A stretch of DNA of 64,000 nucleotides from Eledone cirrhosa (Eukaryota): the NCBI GenBank assembly GCA_964016885.1, contig OZ024741.1, positions 350,424,001 to 350,488,000 of the forward strand, read 5' to 3'. The notes under the pieces were generated by a model. It did no database searches, had not been told where the DNA came from, and saw only the letters and a program-made list of their open reading frames with translations. Position 1 is the stretch's first letter. Each line of letters starts with the position of its first letter. Of this stretch, positions 47,452-62,020 are shown one piece after another. The position numbers and the translations under genes were made by a program.

Positions 47452-47536
47452 CATACATATATATATACATACATATATATATATACATACATATATACAT
47501 ATATATATACATATATATATACATATATATATATAT

Positions 47537-47569
<33 letters not shown>

Positions 47570-47642
47570 CATACATACATATATACATATATATATACAT
47601 ATATATATACATACATATATATACACATATATATATATACAC

Positions 47643-47679
<37 letters not shown>

Positions 47680-47762
47680 CATACATATATATATATATAT
47701 ACATACATATATATATATATATACATACATATATATATATATATACATACATATATATACAC

Positions 47763-47795
<33 letters not shown>

Positions 47796-47870
47796 CATAT
47801 ATATATACATACATATATATATACATACATATATACATACATATATATATACATACATATATATATATAC

Positions 47871-47910
<40 letters not shown>

Positions 47911-47912
47911 AC

Positions 47913-48010
<98 letters not shown>

Positions 48011-48100
48011 ACATACATATATATATATACATATATATACATACATATATATATATACATATATATATATACATATATATATATACATATATATATATAC

Positions 48101-48131
<31 letters not shown>

Positions 48132-48135
48132 CACA

Positions 48136-48185
<50 letters not shown>

Positions 48186-48191
48186 CATACA

Positions 48192-48225
<34 letters not shown>

Positions 48226-48354
48226 CATACATATATATATATATATACATATATATACATACATATATATATATATACATACATATATATATACATATAT
48301 ATATACATATATATATATAATATAAGATCAAAAGATGGTTAAAGGAGTTCAATA

Positions 48355-48425
48355 TATTTTATTATGCGGATTTCAAAAACAAACATCATCAAACAATAAT
48401 ATTTGTGTTTTCATCAGATAAAACA
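48355..48425 (-). ncRNA. Type I hammerhead ribozyme (predicted)
   Basis: UGUUUUAU-CUGAUGA-[16-bp stem II, GUUU loop]-GAAA-U-CCGC-AUA^-AUAAAAUA; stem I is 8 bp with one GU pair. Confidence 0.75.
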
Positions 48426-48715
48426 GGAGAACATGATATGAAGGCTAAAAAAACACTTGTTGATAGTGCAGTTTTAAATCAACATATCCGATATCTGCAT
48501 TGCTTTATTGTACTACAATAAAACTCACCTCCTACATATATATATATATATATACATACATATATATATACATACATATATACATATACATATATATATA
48601 TACATATATATATACATACATATATATATACATACATATATATATACATACATATATATATACACATATATATATATACATACATACATATATATACATA
48701 CATACATATATATAC

Positions 48716-48749
<34 letters not shown>

Positions 48750-48765
48750 ACATATATATATATAC

Positions 48766-48798
<33 letters not shown>

Positions 48799-48835
48799 CA
48801 TACATATATATATATACATACATACATATATATAC

Positions 48836-48869
<34 letters not shown>

Positions 48870-48878
48870 ACATACATA

Positions 48879-48919
<41 letters not shown>

Positions 48920-48942
48920 ACATATATATATATACATACATA

Positions 48943-48983
<41 letters not shown>

Positions 48984-49026
48984 ACATACATATATATATA
49001 CATACATATATATATATACATACATA

Positions 49027-49067
<41 letters not shown>

Positions 49068-49072
49068 ACATA

Positions 49073-49113
<41 letters not shown>

Positions 49114-49166
49114 ACATATATACATATATATATATACATATATATATACATATATATATATACATA

Positions 49167-49225
<59 letters not shown>

Positions 49226-49263
49226 ACATACATATATATATATACATACATACATATATATAT

Positions 49264-49334
<71 letters not shown>

Positions 49335-49353
49335 CATACATATATATATATAT

Positions 49354-49402
<49 letters not shown>

Positions 49403-49538
49403 CATCTATATATATTCATACATATATATATATACATACATATATATATATACATATATATATACATATATATATACATCTATACATACATATATATATA
49501 ATACATATATATTATATACATATATATATATACATACA

Positions 49539-49628
<90 letters not shown>

Positions 49629-49668
49629 CATATATATATAATACATATATATACATATATATATATAC

Positions 49669-49705
<37 letters not shown>

Positions 49706-49902
49706 CATATATATATATACATATATATATATACATATATATATATACATATATATATATACATATATATATACATATATATATATACATACATATATAT
49801 ATACATACATATATATATACATACATATATATATACATACATATATATATATACATATATATATATACATATATATATACATATATACATATATATACAT
49901 AC

Positions 49903-49947
<45 letters not shown>

Positions 49948-50059
49948 CATATACATATATAGATATATACATATACATATATACATATACACATATATAC
50001 ATACATATATACATATACATATACATACATATATATACATATATATATACATACATATA

Positions 50060-51877
50060 CATCATCATCATCGTTTAACGTCCATGTTCCACGCTTGCAT
50101 GGGTTTGGACGGGAGTTTTCATCACTTGAGGCAAGAGTGGTTGTCTTGCTCGCATAGGACTGTCTGGCAGGTTTTCTACAGCTGGATGCCCTTCCTAACA
50201 CCAACCACATTTACAGTGTGGGGCTGGGAGGTTTTTACCGTGTTGCCTACACGGCCACATTACAGCGTGGACTGTGTGTTTTTTATCGTGACACCTACAC
50301 GATCTCATTTGTTTCGGCCTGGATGTTGTGGCACCAACATAACTTTACATTGAAAGGGGCGGTATGGATGTATTTTGTTAGAGATGCCTACTGACTGTAG
50401 TAGGTTTTACTTTGTATTTAGGTAAGGCGGGTTTTCTCTATTACTGAGTACCGCCAAAGGTCTCGGTCCAGTGACATTGTCTTGGAGAGGTGTAAGTGTG
50501 TGAGGTCGGAATTTATCAGCTCGTCCCAGGTTTTTCTGGGTCTGCCTACTCCGTGGCTACCATCTATCTTTATTGCCCTGCACTTTGTTATACAGCTGTC
50601 GTCTTTCATGCGCATCACGTGACCATACCAACGTAGCCTTCTCTCGAGTAAACAGCATCTGATCCCTCTTATTTCTAATTTTTTCCTTAGTTCGTTTATG
50701 CTTTGCCGTTCACGTATATTACTATTACACATCCAGCGGAGCATGCAAGCTTCGTTCCTCTCTAGTCTGCGTATATCCTCTGCACACAATGCCCAGGACT
50801 CATTGCCATGCAACATTGCTGTTCGTATGCAGGCATCATACAACCTGCCTTTCATTTTTAGGGAGAACCCTTTAGCGGCCAATAGTGGTATAAGCTCTCT
50901 GAACTTTTTCCACCCAGTTCTGACTCTAGCTACTGTACTTTCAGAGCACCCTCCCCCACTGCTGATTTTGTCACCCAGGTAACGGAAGCTGTCCACTATT
51001 TCTATAGAACCCTCTGCGCAGTTGAAAGAGCTAGTATTTTGTGGGCACTTGCTGCTACTTATATCCCCAGAACACCGGCCACATGTAAAATCTATGTTCT
51101 TAGTTAGCTTACCTGTGATCCCACTACATCTTTTATGCACCCATACTTTGCATTTGGGACATAAAATGGAGTTTCTGCCTACGCCTTTCCTACACACTGA
51201 GCATGGCCATTTTCCGGAAGGGACCGGCGCCTTATTTTCTTTCCTACAAACTAGAACTTTAGTCTTAGCCAGGTTAATTTTAAGGCCTTTTGATTCTAGG
51301 CCGTGCTTCCATGTTTGGAATTTCTTCTCTAGCTCGGCCATTGATTCAGCTATGAGCGTTAGATCATCTGAGTATAGGAGTTCCATGGGCAGCCGGTCTA
51401 GAACTCCTCTGTTATAGCCTGAAGGGCAATAATAAATAGTAGGGGACTAAGAACAGAGCCCTGATGGACACCAGCTTTTACGCTAAACTTTTCACTATAT
51501 TCGTTGTTAATTCTAACCTTGCTGACTATTTCTTTATGCATGGCTTGTATAGCTCTCACAAGCCATTCGTCAACACCTAGTTTTCTAAGAGCCCACCAGA
51601 TAATGGAACGGGGGACTCTGTCGAAGGCTTTCTCCAAGTCGACAAAAGCTAAGTTTAGGGGTTTACTTTTAGCTAGGTACTTCTCCTGTAGTTGTCGTAC
51701 AATGAAAAGAGCGTCTGTGGTACTTTTGCCTGACACAAACCCGAACTGCATTTCATCTAGATCAATTCTCTCTCTGATTAGTTGCGCTATTACTTTTTCC
51801 GTGACCTTCATGACCTGGTCGATTAATTTAATGCCTCCATAGTTACTCCTATCTAGGGCGTCTCCTTTACCCTTGTA
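50060..51877 (-). mobile_element. 5'-truncated RTE LINE (RT, PHD-like finger, C-terminus, 3' UTR) with a nonsense codon and frameshift near 51385-51400
   Basis: [18 protein letters not shown]...[13 protein letters not shown]...[13 protein letters not shown]; ORF 50418-51386 continues LLYSDD...RRLRWYGHVMRM; (TGA)n tail. Confidence 0.95.
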
Positions 51878-51972
51878 TATACATACATTTATATACATAT
51901 ACATACATATATACATACATATACATACATATACATACATATATACATACATATACATACATATACATACAT

Positions 51973-52013
<41 letters not shown>

Positions 52014-52016
52014 CAT

Positions 52017-52047
<31 letters not shown>

Positions 52048-52050
52048 CAT

Positions 52051-52111
<61 letters not shown>

Positions 52112-52112
52112 C

Positions 52113-52173
<61 letters not shown>

Positions 52174-52178
52174 CATAC

Positions 52179-52297
<119 letters not shown>

Positions 52298-52300
52298 CAT

Positions 52301-52341
<41 letters not shown>

Positions 52342-52344
52342 CAT

Positions 52345-52377
<33 letters not shown>

Positions 52378-52488
52378 CATACATATACATACATACATAT
52401 ATATACATACATACATATACATATACATACATACATACATATACATATATATATATATATATACATACATATACATACATACATATAC

Positions 52489-52529
<41 letters not shown>

Positions 52530-52646
52530 CATACATATATATACATACATATACATACATATACATACATACATACATATACATACATACATACATATAT
52601 ATACATACATACATACATATACATACATACATATATATATACATAC

Positions 52647-52677
<31 letters not shown>

Positions 52678-52687
52678 CATACATATA

Positions 52688-52865
<178 letters not shown>

Positions 52866-52866
52866 C

Positions 52867-52917
<51 letters not shown>

Positions 52918-52918
52918 C

Positions 52919-53029
<111 letters not shown>

Positions 53030-53035
53030 CATACA

Positions 53036-53195
<160 letters not shown>

Positions 53196-53199
53196 CATA

Positions 53200-53240
<41 letters not shown>

Positions 53241-53246
53241 ATATAC

Positions 53247-53280
<34 letters not shown>

Positions 53281-53424
53281 ACATACATACATACATATAT
53301 ATATACATACATACATATATACATACATATATATATATATACATACATATATATATATACATACATATATATATATATACATACATACATATATATATAC
53401 ATACATACATATATATATACATAC

Positions 53425-53473
<49 letters not shown>

Positions 53474-53622
53474 CATACATATATATATACATACATACAT
53501 ATATATATACATACATATATATATATACATACATACATATATATATACATACATATATATATATACATACATATATATATATACATACATATATATATAT
53601 ATACATACATATATATATATAC

Positions 53623-53727
<105 letters not shown>

Positions 53728-53857
53728 CATACATATATATATATATACATATACATATATACATATATATATATATACATACATATATATATATATACAT
53801 ACATATATATACATATACATACATATACATACATATATATATATATACATACATATA

Positions 53858-53898
<41 letters not shown>

Positions 53899-53931
53899 AT
53901 ACATACATATATATATATATACATACATATA

Positions 53932-54006
<75 letters not shown>

Positions 54007-54097
54007 ATACATACATATATATATATATACATACATATATATATATATACATACATATATATATATATACATACATATATATATATATACATACATA

Positions 54098-54138
<41 letters not shown>

Positions 54139-54149
54139 ATACATACATA

Positions 54150-54181
<32 letters not shown>

Positions 54182-54379
54182 CATATATATACATACATAC
54201 ATATATATACATACATACATATATATACATACATACATATATATACATACATACATATATATACATACATACATATACATATATATACATACATATACAT
54301 ATATATACATACATATACATATATATACATACACATACATACATATATATATACACATACATATATATATATATACATA

Positions 54380-54439
<60 letters not shown>

Positions 54440-54478
54440 CATACATATATATATATATATACATATATATATACATAC

Positions 54479-54515
<37 letters not shown>

Positions 54516-54595
54516 CATATATATATACATACATATATATATATATACATATATATATACATACATATATATATATACATATATATATACATACA

Positions 54596-54634
<39 letters not shown>

Positions 54635-54639
54635 ATGCA

Positions 54640-54679
<40 letters not shown>

Positions 54680-54735
54680 CACATACATATATATATATAT
54701 ACATATATATACATATATATATATACATACATATA

Positions 54736-54776
<41 letters not shown>

Positions 54777-55121
54777 ACATACATATATATATATACATAC
54801 ATACATGTATATACATATATATACATACATGTATATACATATATATACATACATGTATATACATATATATACATACATATATATATACACATACATATAT
54901 ATATATACATACATACATATATATATATATACATACATGTATATACATATATATATACATACATGTATATACATATATATACATACATATATATATACAC
55001 ATACATATATATATATACATACATACATATATATATATACATACATATATATATATACATACATACATACATATATATATATACATACATATATATATAT
55101 ACATACATATATATATATATA

Positions 55122-55623
55122 CAGACAAGCTACTGGGAGAGGCTGAAGGAACTGAACCTCTACTCCTTGGAGCGAAGACGGGAGAGATACGCAGTGATCT
55201 ACATGTGGAAAATCCTGGAGGGACTAGCACCAAACTTTGGCATTGGGAGCTGGACCAACCGTCGAACAGGACGTCACTGTGTGGTGCCAAAGGTCCCGTC
55301 TTCCACATCTAGAATAAGGAGCAGGTATTGCAATAGCCTGGGATTCAAGGGCCCTCAACTCTTCAACAGGCTGCCGAGGCATCTGAGAGACTTGCATGAC
55401 GTGGAGGTGGATGTCTTTAAGAAACATCTCGAAACCTTGTTATCCAGGATCCCGGATGAGCCCACAGCAAGACACGAGGGAAACCTAAGGGCAGCAGCAA
55501 CAAACTCCCTCCTACCCCAGTGGCCAACCTATACAGGCTGGAGATAAAATGTGTAGCAACAAGGGCGGTGCCCCAGCATGGCCTCAGCCGGATGGCTGAA
55601 ACAGGTAAAAGAGTAAAAGAGTA
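55122..55623 (+). mobile_element. CR1-group LINE 3' fragment, ORF open to the stop at 55547
   Basis: [30 protein letters not shown]...[17 protein letters not shown]; 3' UTR GCGGTGCCCCAGCATGGCC..CTGAAAC and a (GTAAAAGA)n tail. Confidence 0.88.
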
Positions 55624-55629
55624 TACATA

Positions 55630-55670
<41 letters not shown>

Positions 55671-55764
55671 ATACATACATACATATACATACATATATAT
55701 ATATATATACATACATACATACATACATATACATACATATATATATATATATACATACATACAT

Positions 55765-55803
<39 letters not shown>

Positions 55804-55852
55804 CATACATACATACATATACATACATATATATATATATATACATACATAC

Positions 55853-55883
<31 letters not shown>

Positions 55884-55963
55884 CATATACATACATATAT
55901 ATATATATATATATACATATACATACATATAAATATATATATACATACATATACATACATATA

Positions 55964-56018
<55 letters not shown>

Positions 56019-56061
56019 ATATACATACATACATATCTATATACATACATACATATCTATA

Positions 56062-56097
<36 letters not shown>

Positions 56098-56148
56098 TAT
56101 ACATACATACACATACATACATACATACATACACATACATACATACAC

Positions 56149-56209
<61 letters not shown>

Positions 56210-56312
56210 CATACATACATACATATATACATACATACATATATACATACATACATACATATATATATACATACATACATACATATATACATACATACAT
56301 ACATATATATAC

Positions 56313-56346
<34 letters not shown>

Positions 56347-56639
56347 ATACATACATATATATATATACATACATATATATATATATACATACATATATAT
56401 ATATATACATACATATATATATATATACATACATATATATATATATACATACATATATATATACATACATATATATATATATACATACATATATATATAT
56501 ATACATACATATATATATATATACATACATATATATATATACATACATATATATATATACATACATATATATATATACATACATATATATATATACATAC
56601 ATATATATATATACATACATATATATATATACATACATA

Positions 56640-56671
<32 letters not shown>

Positions 56672-56782
56672 CATACATATATATACATACATACATATAT
56701 ATACATACATACATATATATATATATATACATACATATATATATATATACATACATATATATATATATATATACATACATAT

Positions 56783-56815
<33 letters not shown>

Positions 56816-56891
56816 TACATACATATATATATACATACATACATACATATATATATACATACATATATACATACATATATATATACATACA

Positions 56892-57502
56892 TGGTGGCTG
56901 CCAACTCGTTTTCGAGTACGGCCACTACTTTATATCCATGTAGGAGAACCCCTACCGATGCGCTGAACGAGTGTGACTTTTTAGTCCAGCCAGCGACTTG
57001 AAAACTCTGGTACAAACACTACACTTGTGACAATTATTGACACACAGTGCTTTGCCTTTGGTACCATGTGACGACAAGTGCAGAGAGATCTCCAGATATA
57101 AAGCAATGCCTGTGCCGTGAAGCTTTTATAGTGAGCAAAGGCACTGCACAAAGCCAGTCGCACTCTCTTAACCAAGATGATATTTACCAAAAAGAAGAAC
57201 AAGTCAACATCATTGGATACCATCAGAGTTGCAGGTGTTATATCAGAGTTTTCCTTCTCCTAGAATTCTGCCTTGACAAAGGCTAAGGGGTCATCTCCCC
57301 CAGTGATTTTGGATGGCCATTGACTCTTAAGAGCTCCTTTGCCCTTTGACAGGTTTTGTTTTTAGTCCTGCAGGATGTCCAAAGTCACCCTCCTCACCAA
57401 GAAACCTTGGTGGGGTTGCCAGTTTAGTCGCCAACGACCCGACCATGAGACAGGTTGTACTGGGATACATGTTACCAGTAGCACCAAGTGGTGACCTGAC
57501 AT
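56892..57502 (-). mobile_element. Bipartite RTE derivative, copy 2
   Basis: Highly similar to copy 1, same termini. Confidence 0.85.
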
Positions 57503-57599
57503 ACATATATACATACATACATATATACATACATACATACATATATACATACATACATACACATTTATACACATATATATATACATACATATACATACA

Positions 57600-57927
57600 T
57601 ATCATCATTTCATCATTTCATTTTAGGTCCACTTTTCCCTGCTTGCAAGGGTGGGACGGGAACTGATTCTGGCTTGATTTCTACAGCTGGATGCCCTTCC
57701 TAACACCAACCTCATTTACAATGAGTGCTGGGTGCTTTTTTGCCGTGGCACCTCCACAACCACTTTGCAGTGGAATGATAGGGACCCAAGTCCCTATCAT
57801 CTCATTTCTACAGCTGAGTAAACTGGAGCAATGTGAAATAAAGTGTCTTGCTCAAGGAAACAACACATCACCCGGTCTGAGAATTGAACTCACAACCTTT
57901 CGATTGCAAGGCCAATGCTCTAACCAC
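57600..57927 (-). mobile_element. CORE-type SINE with RTE tail (7068 family), slightly 5'-truncated
   Basis: Very similar to 7068-7381. Confidence 0.88.
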
Positions 57928-57987
57928 ACACATATATACATACATACATACATATATATACACATACATACATACATATACATACAT

Positions 57988-58044
<57 letters not shown>

Positions 58045-58148
58045 TACATACATATACATACATATATACATACATACATATATATACATACATACATATA
58101 TATATACATACATACATATATATATACATACATACATATATATATACA

Positions 58149-58760
58149 TGGTGGCTGCCAACTCGTTTTCGAGTACGGCCACTACTTTACATCCATGTAG
58201 GATAACCCCTACCGAAGCGCTGAACGAGTGTGACTTTTTAGTCCAGCCAGCGACTTGAAACCTCTGGTACAAACACTACACCTGTGACAATTATTGACAC
58301 ATAGTGCTAGGCCCATGGTAGGACAATTATTGACACATAGTGCTGGGCCCATGTGAGGACAAGTGCAGAGAGATCTCCAGATATAAAGCAATGCCTGTGC
58401 CGTGAAGCTTTTATAGTGAGCAAAGGCACTGCACAAAGCCAGTCCCACTCTCTTAACCAAGATGCTATTTACCAAAAAGAAGAACAAGTCAACATCATTG
58501 GATACCATCAGGGTTGCAGGTGTTATATCAGAGTTTTCCTTCTCCTAGAATTCTGCCTTGACTAAGGCTAAAGGGGTCATCTCTCCCGGTGATTTTGGAT
58601 GGCCATTGACTCTTAAGAGCTCCTTTGCCCTTTGACAGGTTTTGTTTTTAGTCCTGCAGGATATCCAAAGTCACCCTCCTCACCAAGAAACCTTGGTGGG
58701 GTTGCCAGTTTAGTCGCCAACGACCCGACCATGAGACAGGTTGTACTGGGATACATGTTA
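58149..58760 (-). mobile_element. Bipartite RTE derivative, copy 3 (internal ~36-bp duplication, 5' end ~27 nt short)
   Basis: GACAATTATTGACACATAGTGCT occurs twice at ~58286-58345. Confidence 0.85.
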
Positions 58761-58806
58761 TATATATACATACATATATATATACATACATACATATATA
58801 TATACA

Positions 58807-59411
58807 TGGTGGCTGCCAACTCGTTTTCGAGTACGGCCACTACTTTATATCCATGTAGGAGAACCCCTACCGATGCGCTGAACGAGTGTGACTTTTTAGT
58901 CCAGCCAGCGACTTGAAAACTCTGGTACAAACACTACACTTGTGACAATTATTGACACATAGTGCTGGGCCCATGGTAGCATGTGACGACAAGTGCAGAG
59001 AGATCTCCAGATATAAAGCAATGCCTGTGCCGTGAAGCTTTTATAGTGAGCAAAGGCACTGCACAAAGCCAGTCCCACTCTCTTAACCAAGATGATATTT
59101 ACCAAAAAGAAGAACAAGTCAACATCATTGGATACCATCAGGGTTGCAGGTGTTATATCAGAGTTTTCCTTCTCCTAGAATTCTGCCTTGACAAAGGCTA
59201 AGGGGTCAGCTCTCCCGGTGATTTTGGATGGCCATTGACTCTTAAGAGCTCCTTTGCCCTTTGACAGGTTTTGTTTTTAGTCCTGCAGGATGTCCAAAGT
59301 CACCCTCCTCACCAAGAAACCTTGGTGGGGTTGCCAGTTTAGTCGCCAACGACCCGACCATGGGACAGGTTGTACTGGGATACATGTTACCAGTAGCACC
59401 AACTGGTGACC
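58807..59411 (-). mobile_element. Bipartite RTE derivative, copy 4
   Basis: Sequence similarity to copy 1. Confidence 0.85.
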
Positions 59412-59644
59412 ATACATACATATATACATACATACATATATACATACATACATATATACATACATACATATATATATACATACATACATATATATATACA
59501 TACATACATATATATATACATACATACATATATACATACATACATATATACATACATACATATATATATACATACATATATACATACATACATATATATA
59601 TACATACATATATACATACATACATATATATATACATACATATA

Positions 59645-60255
59645 TGGTGGCTGCCAACTCGTTTTCGAGTACGGCCACTACTTTATATCCATGTAGGAGA
59701 ACCCCTACCGATGCGCTGAACGAATGTGACTTTTTAGTCCAGCCAGCGACTTGAAAACTCTGGTACAAAGACTACACTTGTGACCATTATTGACACATAG
59801 TGCAGGGCCCATGGTACCATGTGATGACAAGTGCAGAGAGATCTCCAGATATAAAGCAATGCCTGTGCTGTGAAGCTTTTATAGTGAGCAAAGGCACTGC
59901 ACAAAGCCAGTCCCACTCTCTTAACCAAGATGATATTTACCAAAAAGAAGAACAAGTCAACATCATTGGATACCATCAGGGTTGCAGGTGTTATATCAGA
60001 GTTTTCCTTCTCCTAGAATTCTGCCTTGACAAAGGCTAAGGGGTCATCTCTCCCAGTGATTTTGGATGGCTATTGACTCTTAAGAGCACCCTTGCCCTTT
60101 GACAGGTTTTGTTTTTAGTCCTGCAGGATGTCCAAAGTCACCCTCCTCACCAAGAAACCTTGGTGGGGTTGCCAGTTTAGTCGCCAACGACCCGACCATG
60201 AGACAGGTTTTACTGGGATACATGTTACCAGTAGCACCAACTGGTGACCTGACAT
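59645..60255 (-). mobile_element. Bipartite RTE derivative, copy 5
   Basis: Sequence similarity to copy 1. Confidence 0.85.
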
Positions 60256-60299
60256 AACATATATACATACATATATACATACATACATACATACATACA

Positions 60300-60333
<34 letters not shown>

Positions 60334-60360
60334 CATACATATATATATATACATACATAC

Positions 60361-60453
<93 letters not shown>

Positions 60454-61077
60454 CATACATATATATATACATACATATATAGATACATACATATATAGAT
60501 ACATACATATATAGATACATACATATATAGATACATACATATATAGATACATACATATATAGATACATACATAGATACATACATATATAGATACATACAT
60601 ATATAGATACATACATATATAGATACATACATATATAGATACATACATATATAGATACATACATATATAGATACATACATATATAGATACATACATATAT
60701 AGATACATACATATATAGATACATACATACATACATAGATACATACATATATATATACATACATATATACATATATATATACATACATATATATATACAT
60801 ACATATATATATACATAGATATATATATACATACATATATATATACATACATATATATATACATACATATATACATATATATATACATAGATATATATAT
60901 ACATACATATATATATACATACATATATATATACATACATACATATATATATACATACATATATATATACATACATATATATATACATAGATATATATAT
61001 ACATACATATATATATACATACATATATATATACATACATATATATATACATACATACATATATATATACATACATA

Positions 61078-61484
61078 TGGTGGCTGCCAACTCGTTTTCG
61101 AGTACGGCCACTACTTTATATCCATATAGGAGAACCCCTACCGATGCGCCGAACGGGTGTGACTTTTTAGTCCAGCCAGCGACTTGAAAACTCTGGAACA
61201 AACACTACACTTGTGACAATTATTGACACATAGTGCTGGGCCCATGGTACCATGTGACGACAAGTGCAGAGAGATCTCCAGATATAAAGCAATGCCTGTG
61301 CCGTGAAGCTTTTATAGTGAGCAAAGGCACTGCACAAAGCCAGTCCCACTCTCTTAACCAAGATGATATTTACCAAAAAGAAGAACAAGTCAACATCATT
61401 GGATACCATCAGAGTCGCAGGTGTTATATCAGAGTTTTCCTTCTCCTAGAATTCTGCCTTGACAAAGGCTAAGGGGTCATCTCT
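61078..61484 (-). mobile_element. Bipartite RTE derivative, copy 6 (5'-truncated by ~200 nt)
   Basis: Same 3' end; stops at GGGGTCATCTCT. Confidence 0.85.
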
Positions 61485-62020
61485 ATATATATATACATAC
61501 ATACATATATATATATATTCATACATATATATATATATTCATACATATATATATATACATATACATATATATATACATATACATATATATATACATATAT
61601 ATATACATACATATATATACATATATATACATACATATATATATATATATATACATACATATATATATATATATATACATACATATATATATATATACAT
61701 ACATATATATATATACATATATATATATACATATATATATATACATATATATATATACATATATACATACATATATATATACATACGTATATATATATAT
61801 ACATACATATATATATACATACATATATATATACATACATATATATATACATATATATATACATACATATATATATACATACATATATATATACATACAT
61901 ATATATATATACATACATATATATATATATACATAAATACATACATATATACATACATATATATATACATAAATACATACATATATACATACATATATAC
62001 ATACATATATACATATATAT

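Noticed and set aside
56892-61484. CRISPR-like repeat-spacer array
   Set aside because: The repeats are ~600-bp retroelement derivatives, the spacers are microsatellite, there are no cas genes, and the context is eukaryotic.
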